Shown here piece after piece: positions 17,799-27,000 of a stretch of DNA of 64,000 nt. Location of the stretch: NCBI GenBank assembly GCA_019750255.1, contig JAIEOU010000009.1:5497-69496 (forward strand). The letters are read 5' to 3'. A program made the position numbers and the translations under genes. This DNA comes from Patescibacteria group bacterium (lineage in GTDB: Bacteria; Patescibacteriota; Minisyncoccia; Phycocordibacterales; UBA918). The notes under the pieces were generated by a model. That model did no database searches, had not been told where the DNA came from, and saw only the letters and a program-made list of their open reading frames with translations. Numbering within the stretch: position 1 is the stretch's first letter; the number at the start of each line of letters is the position of its first letter.

Positions 17799-18563
17799 TT
17801 AGGCGGTGCGGTTAGTAGGACGTGGGCTGCGGGGTGTCCGAGACGCTGGAGCTGACTCACGTTCGCGAGTAGACGCTGGTGCCTGGGCAGTTTGTCCGGC
17901 CTTGCGGTCGGTAAACACTTCACCCCGGTAAATCCACACCTTGATACCGATAGCACCGTACGGAAGGCGGGCAGTAACGCGAGCAAAGTCGATGTCGGCT
18001 CGAAGAGTTTGGAGTGGAATACGACCACGCTTCAATTCTTCGTTACGAGCCATGTCGGCGCCACCGAGACGACCGGCCAAAGCCATACGTACTCCGATAA
18101 CGTCACGATTCGCCATCACCTTCTCAATCGTCTGCTTCATCACGCGGCGGAAGGTCATACGCTTCTCAAGACCGTCAGCAAGCATGAGTCCAACAATGCG
18201 AGCGCTCGATTCTGGTGAGCGGATCTCTTCAATGTCGAGCTTGATCTCTGGCTTTGAGGTGAGCTTCATCTTGCGGAACATCATGTCGAGCTCCTTCTTG
18301 AGCGCGACGGCTCCTTCTCCACTGCGACCAATAACGAGACCAGGTCGTGCAGTCTTGATAATAATACGTACTTCCTTTTCGTTGCGCTCAATTTCTACCG
18401 TGTCGACTGACATCGTGCGGAGCTTCTTTTCGAGATGCGCGCGGATGGCAGCGTCGGTGCGAATGTATTCACGAAACTTCTTTGGGTCGGTGGTGTACCA
18501 GCGACTGCGCCAATCTCGGTTGATACCGATACGCTGTACATAAGGATGTGCTACGTGTGTCAT
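17799..18563 (-). CDS. rpsC: 30S ribosomal protein S3
   Basis: ARPGLVIGRSG, GRLGGADMAR, PLQTLRADID. Confidence 0.97.
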   Translation of the reverse strand: MTHVAHPYVQRIGINRDWRSRWYTTDPKKFREYIRTDAAIRAHLEKKLRTMSVDTVEIERNEKEVRIIIKTARPGLVIGRSGEGAVALKKELDMMFRKMKLTSKPEIKLDIEEIRSPESSARIVGLMLADGLEKRMTFRRVMKQTIEKVMANRDVIGVRMALAGRLGGADMARNEELKRGRIPLQTLRADIDFARVTARLPYGAIGIKVWIYRGEVFTDRKAGQTAQAPASTRERESAPASRTPRSPRPTNRTA

Positions 18564-18568
18564 AGATA

Positions 18569-18889
18569 TTATTCGCTTAACTCCACGACGATGTGGCTAC
18601 TGCGCTTATTAATACGTGAGGCAGAACCACGGGCGCGAGGCATAAAACGCTTCGCGACTACACCCTTCTGTACCATTACCTTAGCAATTTTGAGCTTAGT
18701 CTCATCCTTCCCTGCCTGCTTGGCATTGGCCATCGCTGACTCAATTACTTTTGCAAACGGCAGAGCGGCACGCTTGTCAGCAAACCGAAGGGTAGAAAGC
18801 GCAACCGAAACCTTCTTTCCACGCACGAGATCAGCGAGCAAGCGAACCTTGCGCGGTGACTGACGGTAGTTCTTAAGAATTGCTTTCAT
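18569..18889 (-). CDS. rplV: 50S ribosomal protein L22
   Basis: SPRKVRL, PRARGSA, SSHI. Confidence 0.97.
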   Translation of the reverse strand: MKAILKNYRQSPRKVRLLADLVRGKKVSVALSTLRFADKRAALPFAKVIESAMANAKQAGKDETKLKIAKVMVQKGVVAKRFMPRARGSASRINKRSSHIVVELSE

Positions 18890-18891
18890 AA

Positions 18892-19242
18892 TTATTTCTT
18901 CTTAGCTGAAGCAGACGGTGACGCCTTTGCAGCCTTCGCAGCAGCAATATCTGCTACTTGCTTCTTCTGCTCGAGTTCCTTCTGCATCTTACCGCCGTGA
19001 CGATGGAACTTCTTGGTCGGTGAGAACTCGCCGAGGCGGTGTCCTACCATTTCTTCAACGACGAGTACTGGGATGTGGTCTTTACCGTTGTGAACGCCAA
19101 AGGTGTGTCCAACCATCTCGGGAGCGATTTGCGCATCGCGAGACCAGGTCTTCACTACACCACTCTCTCCGGGTTTTTTACCGGCGATTTTTTTGAGCAG
19201 ACGCTCGTCAACGTAAGGTCCTTTATAGAGTGAACGTGACAT
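18892..19242 (-). CDS. rpsS: 30S ribosomal protein S19 with Ala/Lys C-terminal tail
   Basis: [29 protein letters not shown]. Confidence 0.97.
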   Translation of the reverse strand: MSRSLYKGPYVDERLLKKIAGKKPGESGVVKTWSRDAQIAPEMVGHTFGVHNGKDHIPVLVVEEMVGHRLGEFSPTKKFHRHGGKMQKELEQKKQVADIAAAKAAKASPSASAKKK

Positions 19243-19620
19243 TAAATGATGAAAGGAGTGTAACGACAATTACGAATTTCGCCACAAGGGCATTTCCATT
19301 TTTATGGTCGAGCAAAGCTCTTCCTAAAAATTGGTCAGTTCCGAATCTGCCCTTTCCTTAGGCAGATTCCTGGAACAACTACTCTTCCTTGTCGCGTATG
19401 CTCCAGTTAGTTTTTAATAAACCGCATAGATTGGGATTTTCTTATACATAAAACCCCGCTCGCAGTGGCGGTGAGGTGAGAACCTCTTGTAAAGAAAGGT
19501 AACGGCCTTGCTTAAAAGAGGTACCCACACGTCCGGTAGTTGTTCGGCCTACTTCCTGTGTGTTTCCTGCTCGTAGATAGCGAGCACTCGACACAGCGAC
19601 ATGAGGATTGGAACGGGGCC
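19243..19620 (-). other. Long two-domain structured leader of rpsS
   Basis: Closing helices GCCCCGTTC/GAGCGGGGT and ACAAGG/CCTTGT; many internal hairpins. Confidence 0.55.
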
Positions 19621-19621
19621 A

Positions 19622-19650
19622 ATACTAATGGAAATTGGGCGAAATGTCAA
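19622..19650 (-). promoter_or_regulatory. sigma70-like promoter for the rpsS block
   Basis: TTGACA-N17-TAGTAT. Confidence 0.7.
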
Positions 19651-19710
19651 CGGAATTCGGATACTACTGTCAGTGAAACGTTCCCGACCCACCCGGGGTA
19701 CAATAGACCC

Positions 19711-20022
19711 ATGAAACACCGCGGGCGCAGCCACACCACCCTCACCGATACCGCCAAAGAAGTGGTGACCGTCCTCGAGAAAATCCCTGGCGTGAAAATG
19801 ATTGCGCCTGGCATCATCGACGGGAAACGTAATGCTAGCAAGCGTCATATCACCGCGGTCTTTACCACCGCGGGCATGGAACTGATCATTTCGGGCCAGG
19901 GGGTCCAGAAAGTAGCGGTCCATACTACTGCTAATTCCCTCTCGGTATTCAGGACTCTTGCCGAGTCAAAATCACTCTCTCATTTTAGCTTTAAGCACCG
20001 TGAACGGATGCCGGGCCGATAG
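19711..20022 (+). CDS. DUF2103-like protein
   Basis: GRSHTTL...VKMIAPGII...GVQKV; TACAAT 6 nt before the ATG. Confidence 0.6.
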   Translation: MKHRGRSHTTLTDTAKEVVTVLEKIPGVKMIAPGIIDGKRNASKRHITAVFTTAGMELIISGQGVQKVAVHTTANSLSVFRTLAESKSLSHFSFKHRERMPGR

Positions 20023-20186
20023 CGCTGCGATTATGTTTATCAGGGTCTGAAGGTCGCGCTGTCTTCTCTCTTTCATATATGAAAGCGATACTTCAACCTT
20101 CTTAGGATGTATCACACGGTACGTGGCAGGCAAACACACGACCGCGTTTTATGTGAGACTGTACTAAAACTTACAGGCAGAGACCT

Positions 20187-20822
20187 CTACAACGAATCAT
20201 TTTGCTTCACACCCTCTTCTATAATCTTCCCCACCAGACCACGCTCTTTCCACCTTATGTACCGGTACCCGCTGACTGCTATCACTAAAGCTCCGACAAT
20301 TGAAATCATTAAGTCAGTCATAGTATCGGTGTTACTCAGTTGCATGAGCGGGTCAGGCGCGAAGAGGATATCGATGAGAAACTCATACACCTCCCACACT
20401 ACGGCGAGAGCGAGGGCAAAGGACACCGACAAAATAGTCGCTACGAGGGTTTTAGATTTAAGTTCGCTATGAGAAAAAATTAATAGCAGCAGTATAAACC
20501 CAATCAAGGTGAGGCCAGCGGTTGCTGCGCCATGAAGCACAATGTCCCACCAGGCAAAGGTGGTGTAGAAACCAACAATTTCACCGAGAATCAGTGTCAT
20601 AAACATGAACACACTGATGCCGATACGCAGTACATGTGGTATATGGATGCCAGTTTTGGATTTTAGAATATAAGGAAGTGCACTCACGACCATGGCCTGC
20701 ACCACAACAAAGATTCCGATCCAATCTTTTTCCCATAACTTGTACATTCCCACCGCCAGAAAAATAAACTGGGATATGTGCATGCTCGTGCGCGAGCACC
20801 ACGCAAGCTTTTGTTCGGACAT
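20187..20822 (-). CDS. Membrane protein, DUF2238/YjdF-like
   Basis: Multiple TM helices; WWDIVLH, WEVYEF, DTMTDL. Confidence 0.7.
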   Translation of the reverse strand: MSEQKLAWCSRTSMHISQFIFLAVGMYKLWEKDWIGIFVVVQAMVVSALPYILKSKTGIHIPHVLRIGISVFMFMTLILGEIVGFYTTFAWWDIVLHGAATAGLTLIGFILLLLIFSHSELKSKTLVATILSVSFALALAVVWEVYEFLIDILFAPDPLMQLSNTDTMTDLMISIVGALVIAVSGYRYIRWKERGLVGKIIEEGVKQNDSL

Positions 20823-20884
20823 ACTAATCAGTGTAGCAAAAATTGTGTGCCCCGGTTAACTAGTCGTATACATAATCAGGCACA

Positions 20885-20918
20885 CAAATACCCCGCGACT
20901 GTAGTCGCGGGGTATTTG
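20885..20918. terminator. Terminator after rplB
   Basis: CAAATACCCCGCGAC-TGTA-GTCGCGGGGTATTTG. Confidence 0.8.
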
Positions 20919-20936
20919 TCATTTTTCTCTCTCTTT

Positions 20937-21800
20937 CTACCTTCCGCCAATCGCCATGAGGCGGCCTGGCTTGCGGCGAGAAACAATTGAGCCGTTCGAG
21001 TACTTCTTTGGTGAACGGGTCTTTTGTCCCTTTCCGGTCGGACGTCCCTGCTTGGTACGTGAGCGGCGGTGACCACGTGGTGAGCGGCCTTCACCACCAC
21101 CGTGTGGGTGGTCTACGGCGTTACGCGCAGTACCACGGTTCTTTGGGCGGAGGCCTTTGTGTCGCGCACGACCAGCCTTACCGAGATCAACGAGACGATA
21201 CTCTTCGTTTGAGACCGCACCGATTGATGCCCACGAGTGACCAATAATCTTTCGGATTTCCGTTGATGGCATCTTGATGAGGGTGTAGGCACCGTCTTGG
21301 GCTACCACTTCAGCATAACTACCAGCACTCCGAACGAGCTGCGCTCCCTTCCCTGGCTTGATTTCGATGTTGTACACGAATGCTCCAACCGGGATAGCAG
21401 TGAGCGGGAGACGGTTACCAATTTTTGGCTTGGCGTCTGCTGCTGTCACCACCTCATCACCCTTGCCGAGACCCTGTGGGGCAATCACGTAGCGGCGTTC
21501 ACCGTCACGGTACACGATTAGGGCGATAAAGGCGTTGCGGTTTGGATCGTATTCAATCGCCTCTACCTTCGCTGGTACACCTAGCTTGTTGTACTTGAAG
21601 TCCACCATACGGTAGGTGCGCTTGTTTCCGCCACCACGATAGTGGTTAGTCGTACGACCCTGGCTGTTTCGGCCACCAGTCGAACGCTTTCCCGCTACGA
21701 GTGCCTTGTGCGGCTCACTCTTTGTAGTCGTGAGCTTCTTTTTGTACTCGACGACCGATCCATCGCGACGGCCGGCCGAGGTTGGTTTATAGAATTTCAT
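20937..21800 (-). CDS. rplB: 50S ribosomal protein L2
   Basis: EYDPNRNA, RSAG, DHPHGGGEG. Confidence 0.98.
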   Translation of the reverse strand: MKFYKPTSAGRRDGSVVEYKKKLTTTKSEPHKALVAGKRSTGGRNSQGRTTNHYRGGGNKRTYRMVDFKYNKLGVPAKVEAIEYDPNRNAFIALIVYRDGERRYVIAPQGLGKGDEVVTAADAKPKIGNRLPLTAIPVGAFVYNIEIKPGKGAQLVRSAGSYAEVVAQDGAYTLIKMPSTEIRKIIGHSWASIGAVSNEEYRLVDLGKAGRARHKGLRPKNRGTARNAVDHPHGGGEGRSPRGHRRSRTKQGRPTGKGQKTRSPKKYSNGSIVSRRKPGRLMAIGGR

Positions 21801-21802
21801 AA

Positions 21803-22174
21803 TTAGACGAGATTAATGGTGTCGCCTTTCTTAAGGTACACGTACGCCTTCTTCATGCCGGCAACCTTGACCATACGGTTACGTGAACCTGATGGACGAA
21901 CCGCTGGTGCCTTGGTAACGGTGCGAATCTTTTCTGGCGTTACCTTGTAGAGTTCCTTGATAGCGTCCCGGACATCAAATTTAGTTGCGCCTTGGCGAAT
22001 GAGAAACGTGTACACATTTTGGTCTGACTTACTTACTGCCTTTTCAGTTACTCGCGGCCGGATGATGACACCACGGAGATCACGGTCGGTTGCGAGTGGT
22101 CCAGCTCCTTTGTTACTTACCTTGGCTGCAGCCTTTGGGGCTTCAGCCTTCTTTGTTCGTGTGAAGAGTCCCAT
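21803..22174 (-). CDS. rplW: 50S ribosomal protein L23 with N-terminal extension
   Basis: PRVTEKA, KKAYVYLKKG. Confidence 0.96.
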   Translation of the reverse strand: MGLFTRTKKAEAPKAAAKVSNKGAGPLATDRDLRGVIIRPRVTEKAVSKSDQNVYTFLIRQGATKFDVRDAIKELYKVTPEKIRTVTKAPAVRPSGSRNRMVKVAGMKKAYVYLKKGDTINLV

Positions 22175-22175
22175 A

Positions 22176-22856
22176 TTACTTTGCCTTAGAGGTTGCTACC
22201 ACGCGCTTCTCAAGTACCTCGATGGCACTTATCGGCTCCGCGACAATAACGTACTTATAAGTAAGCAGGTCAACTGGACTCACATCCTTAGCCTGCATGA
22301 CGGTCATGTTACCGAAGTTTCGGAACGAAAGTTCGGTGGCTTCGTGACGAGCTGGCAAGAGCACGAGGGCAGCATTCTTGCGCTTCGTTGCTAGTTGCGC
22401 CTGTCCGCTTCCCTTGGCCACAGCAGCAATCACGGCCTTGGCATCCTTTGCTTTTGGTGCACCCACGCCGAGAGATTCGACAAAAAGAATCTCACCGTCG
22501 GTCAGTTTTCGAGAGAGCACGCAGGCGAGCGCCTTTTGGCGTACTTTCTTATTAATCTTTACCGAATAGTCTTTGTCACTCCGTGGTCCGTGTGAGATAC
22601 CACCACCAGTCCAGATTGGACTACGCGTGGAACCATGTCGTGCGCGACCAGTACCCTTCTGCTTCCATGGCTTCTTACCACCACCACGTACTTCTCCACG
22701 AGTTTTTGTGTTCGCGGTTCCAGCGCGCGCGTTGGCTTGCATGCCGACCACCACTTCATGAACGAGGTCGTCGTTCCAGGCCACACCAAAGAGCGTCTCA
22801 GGGAGGTTGACCATTCCCTTCTCTACGCCGTCGTGTGTATATACTTTTGCATCCAT
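22176..22856 (-). CDS. rplD: 50S ribosomal protein L4
   Basis: KPWKQKGTGRARHGS. Confidence 0.97.
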   Translation of the reverse strand: MDAKVYTHDGVEKGMVNLPETLFGVAWNDDLVHEVVVGMQANARAGTANTKTRGEVRGGGKKPWKQKGTGRARHGSTRSPIWTGGGISHGPRSDKDYSVKINKKVRQKALACVLSRKLTDGEILFVESLGVGAPKAKDAKAVIAAVAKGSGQAQLATKRKNAALVLLPARHEATELSFRNFGNMTVMQAKDVSPVDLLTYKYVIVAEPISAIEVLEKRVVATSKAK

Positions 22857-22874
22857 ATAATATTAGTAATTAGG

Positions 22875-23480
22875 TTAGATGCTACGCACCTCGACTAAGG
22901 TTCCTGCTCGACCTGGAACGGCACCGGAAACGAGGAGGAGATTTTCCGCCGCATTTACCTGGAGAACCTTGAGGTTCTTTACCGTGATAGTATCGCCACC
23001 CATACGGCCGGCCATACGCATACCCTTGGCAACGCGACCGCCAGCGCGGCCACCACCACCAATTGATCCTGGTTCACGTTCTGAGTGCTTCTGACCATGA
23101 GTGCGCCGCCCACCGGCAAAGCCGTGACGCTTTACTACACCCTGGAAACCCTTACCCTTTGAAATAGCCGTCACCATAATGGTGTCGCCAGGGACAAAGA
23201 CTGAAACATCAAACTGCGCACCCTTCTCAAGATCACCTGAGATTTCCATTTCACGAACGTGCTTAAACGCGCCGCCAAAGGCAATCCGCTGAGCCTTTGC
23301 TACACGCTCTTCTTTCTGTACACCACTGGCTACCTGCGCGCTGTGGTATCCATCTTTTTCAACCGTCTTTATCTGAGTGACTACCTGTGGTGCGACACGG
23401 AGAACCGTACCTGCCCACGCGCGGCCAGTCTCATCGAAGACTTGGGTCATGCGCTCTTTGGTTCCGAGAACGAATTTCAT
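22875..23480 (-). CDS. rplC: 50S ribosomal protein L3
   Basis: SKGKGFQGVVKRHGF, PGSIG, MAGRMG, GAVPG. Confidence 0.97.
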   Translation of the reverse strand: MKFVLGTKERMTQVFDETGRAWAGTVLRVAPQVVTQIKTVEKDGYHSAQVASGVQKEERVAKAQRIAFGGAFKHVREMEISGDLEKGAQFDVSVFVPGDTIMVTAISKGKGFQGVVKRHGFAGGRRTHGQKHSEREPGSIGGGGRAGGRVAKGMRMAGRMGGDTITVKNLKVLQVNAAENLLLVSGAVPGRAGTLVEVRSI

Positions 23481-23628
23481 AGTTGCTTATAAGTGATAAA
23501 TGCTCGCCATTTATAACAAAACCACGACCAGGGACAGTGCCCCACGGACGTGGTATTGCAGCTGCCCATTGGTTCTCCCGGGGTAATTAGCCCTAGGGGG
23601 ACGTAGGTCTTATATGAATGTCCCCGGT

Positions 23629-23656
23629 ACTATACGTGGGTTTGCTAAAAATGCAA
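23629..23656 (-). promoter_or_regulatory. sigma70-like promoter for the rplC block
   Basis: TTGCAT-N16-TATAGT. Confidence 0.6.
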
Positions 23657-23757
23657 GGCTAAGGAAGGCTCCACTTTTTGCCTTAAGCTCTATAAAAGGT
23701 GAGGACCGCTGTCATTACTGACAGCGGTCCGGGATTTTGTGCCCCGAGAGGCCTAAT

Positions 23758-23934
23758 TCAGTTCTTATTCGGCTTGGCTGCAAGCCTGAACAGGCTCCGC
23801 GCTCGGCGAATCACCGCCGAGTCGTCTGAGCCTGTCATTTGTTTACTCTGCTTCTCGAGAAACTGGACTGCCTCGTCAGAGGAAATTTTGAATGGTGGGC
23901 GCGCAGTCGGTTCAGGAGTCGGCTTTTTTGCCAT
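23758..23934 (-). CDS. Small ribbon-helix-helix-like protein (58 aa)
   Basis: FKISSDEAVQFLEKQSKQMTGSDDSAVIRRARSLF; AAGGA upstream; hairpin terminators on both sides. Confidence 0.55.
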   Translation of the reverse strand: MAKKPTPEPTARPPFKISSDEAVQFLEKQSKQMTGSDDSAVIRRARSLFRLAAKPNKN

Positions 23935-24026
23935 TGGAGTGTCCTTCGGGTTGCTTCCGCGCTGGAGAATACTCCAACAAAAAACAGCCGTCAACGACGG
24001 CTGTTTCTCCTTTCGTTTTAGCGGGA

Positions 24027-27000
24027 TTATTGCTGGGTGCCGAGCAGCAGGCGTGTCTGCGGTCCCACGATGCCAAGGGCATCAAGGGCATGGGCAGCCT
24101 GGAATGATCGTACCGCAGCTTCGGTAACCGGTCCGAAATAACCGGTAGCCTCCCCACTAAAGTAGCCAAGACGCTTGAGGGCTGCTTGCAGGACACGGAC
24201 CTGTTCGCCTGAAGAGCGAAGTGAGAGACGGTCAGATATCGTGAAGCGTATGTCGTTGATTCCTAATACAGATCCACTCGCAGGAACATTCGGAAAACGA
24301 GCCGGTGTAAAATCAGTGAGCACCTTGTTAACGAACGTTAACGTCTCACCATTCTTGAATGTCAGTACTACGTTCGAGCCGACCTGAGTCAACGCTGCCC
24401 TTAGCTCTGTCCAGTTATTAAAGGCTCCACTTGAAAGGATTATTTCGTCCGGACGAGTGCTTCCTGTAGCAAAACCGATAATAGTGTCTGATCCATTACC
24501 TGATGAAACTGTAATTTCTTCAGCCTGGTTTCTCGCAACAATCGTATCGTTTCCACCCATACCATTAATCCTGAACCTTGTATCAGATGTATTTTGTGAG
24601 CCAACCAAAATATTTGCACTCGCATTGCCTTCGATGGTTAAGTTAGACGTCGCGTCTCCGCCATAGATAATAGTATCGATGGCGCTTGGAAGCGTGTACA
24701 CTCCCCAGCCGTGACGGGTAATTACGGCAGTGTTAGCGCTTACATCCACTCCCTCTATGACTTCAGAACCTCCGACATAGAACACATCGTTACCGCCACC
24801 ACTAACGAACGTAGCTCCTCCACCAAATTCGACAGCTTCAAACACATCGTTCGCGGTAGTACCAACAAGACGTGGCACCCAGGCACCGCGCTCCGCAGCA
24901 ATCGTGACGGTTGGCAGCGTGAGGGGATTGAGCAGGTTCTGACTTGTCCCTGCCAAGGTAATGGTGTAGCTGGTGGGAGTTACAATAGTTGGTTCTACAC
25001 TCGTTCGCGGGTCGCTTACTTGTTTCCAAGCACCATTACTATATTCATACCAGACGCTTGTGTTGTTGAGCGTATAGAGCTTTCCGCCATTAAGCACATG
25101 AAGTTCAACACCTCCACCTCCGACAGCCGATGCTCCGTTAAGAAGAACCAGATTACCGCCGGGTACTGTCTGGGTGCTAAACGACCACGTTCCTGCGGCT
25201 GTAGTTAGACTACCACCACTGGACACTGAAATGACTGCTCCATCTGGACTCAATCCAGGAGTAGTAGGTGGCGGGAGTGAGGTTTCTGGGTTTATCGTTC
25301 GACTCCACGTCGCAGCAGCTACATCCCGGAGATACCAGACACCCTTACTGTTGCGTGCGTACAATTTTCCACCATTGAGTACCACCATCCGATTCCCGGT
25401 CAACAGAGCGGATTTACCATTCAGGTTAATCCTCCAACCACCACTTATTCTACTAGTACCGAACGACCACGTTCCTTCAGGAGTTATCAGGGTAGAACGT
25501 GAACCTCCACCGACCGACGTACCATCAGAACTGATTGATACGGTTGAGGTTGGTGCTGTGCTGGCTAACTTGAAGTAACACGCCTTAACAACGCCTGGCA
25601 ACGGATCACCAAACACTGCATTGGTGCAGGCGGTACTGGCTGTTATTGAGCGGTAATTGAAGGCTCCGTTAGCACCATAAGCAACACTTGCGGTACCGGC
25701 AAACGAACAGGTACCTCCCTCCTCTGCACACTTGGTATACCCCGTAGGACCGCCAGCATCTGCTTGTGCTACTGGTGCAGATACAGCTACTACAACAGAC
25801 TTCTGTGCGGAGCCGCCAGTGCCAGTGCAGGTGAGTGTATAGGTGGTTGTAGTTTCTGGAGAAAGGCTTTGTGAACCAGCAGTCGCTCCAGCGGTAAAGC
25901 CGGTACCGGTACACGCAGTGGCGTTCGCGCTTGACCAAGTCAGCGTTGTAGTTTGACCCCTAACAATACTAGAGGAAGTGAGACTCAGCGTTACGGTCGG
26001 TACCAAGGTTGGAATTGGGGATGGAGTAGGTGTGGATGCACTACTTTTTGTCATGTACATATCAACACTGTAACCATCAAGCCCAGAATCATAATCGACA
26101 CTCCACCAATTGTACCCACCAGCACTGATCGGACCAGAGCGAAGCGTTCCAAGGGCTCCAAAAGGCTGCGTGCCGAGGATGGTACCGTTAGCGGTCGCAC
26201 GGACATTCGTACCAGTGGTTAGACTAATTCGGTCACCAGTAATGAAACCTAGTGCTGGCAGAGCGGGGAGTGGAGCTGGTTCTGGAATTGGAGTTGTCGG
26301 TACAGAAATCATTCCTGAGCGGCGTGGAGTAACTCTAAACTGAAAATCTTTTTGATACGACTCAACATCAGTAAATTTTGGTTTGAGGGCCAACATTTTG
26401 TCGTAGGTCTGCAAGGCTTCACTAGACCCCGTGACATTATAGACGTTTGCGAGAGACATAAGACCACTTGGACCGTAGGTGCCTTCCCCACCATCGTACT
26501 CCACGTTTAAGTTCGAGATTCCTAACCACGTAGTAACCGGCTTACCATTAGCGTACATGGCAAAACCGTAGTTAAAGCCCACTAATGGATTGTTCATTTT
26601 ATTGTAGCGGTTGATAACGTAGTTAGACATTATCCCGACCACCTGTTTTGCTTTGGCACTACCACGATTTGCAGACGCAGCCAAAGAACTCAACAGATAA
26701 TCTTGTTGCCACGGCTTAACGGCCGGAGGAAAATCACCGTCTACACCCGTGAAGTAGCCACGCGCCTCACCTTGTGCAGGACCCTCGGCGGCGGCTCGAC
26801 TAATTAAGTGGTCAAGATTATTGTTTAGAATTTTTTGCCAATAATTTTTAGCTGTCGTTCCATCAGGATTAGCCCACGCTGCCTCATCAATTTGTCGAAG
26901 ATCCCAGCCAGCACCTCTAACCTGGTTCATATCATGAACAACCAAACCAAGTCCATCTTGCCGAGGCGCATTCCACCCAGCCATCACTGTCCAAGATGCT

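Noticed and set aside
17941-18543. Long antisense or alternative-frame ORFs (also 30705..31262, 31099..31662, 59586..60125, 61286..61945)
   Set aside because: They overlap conserved genes, show no motifs and are explained by codon bias
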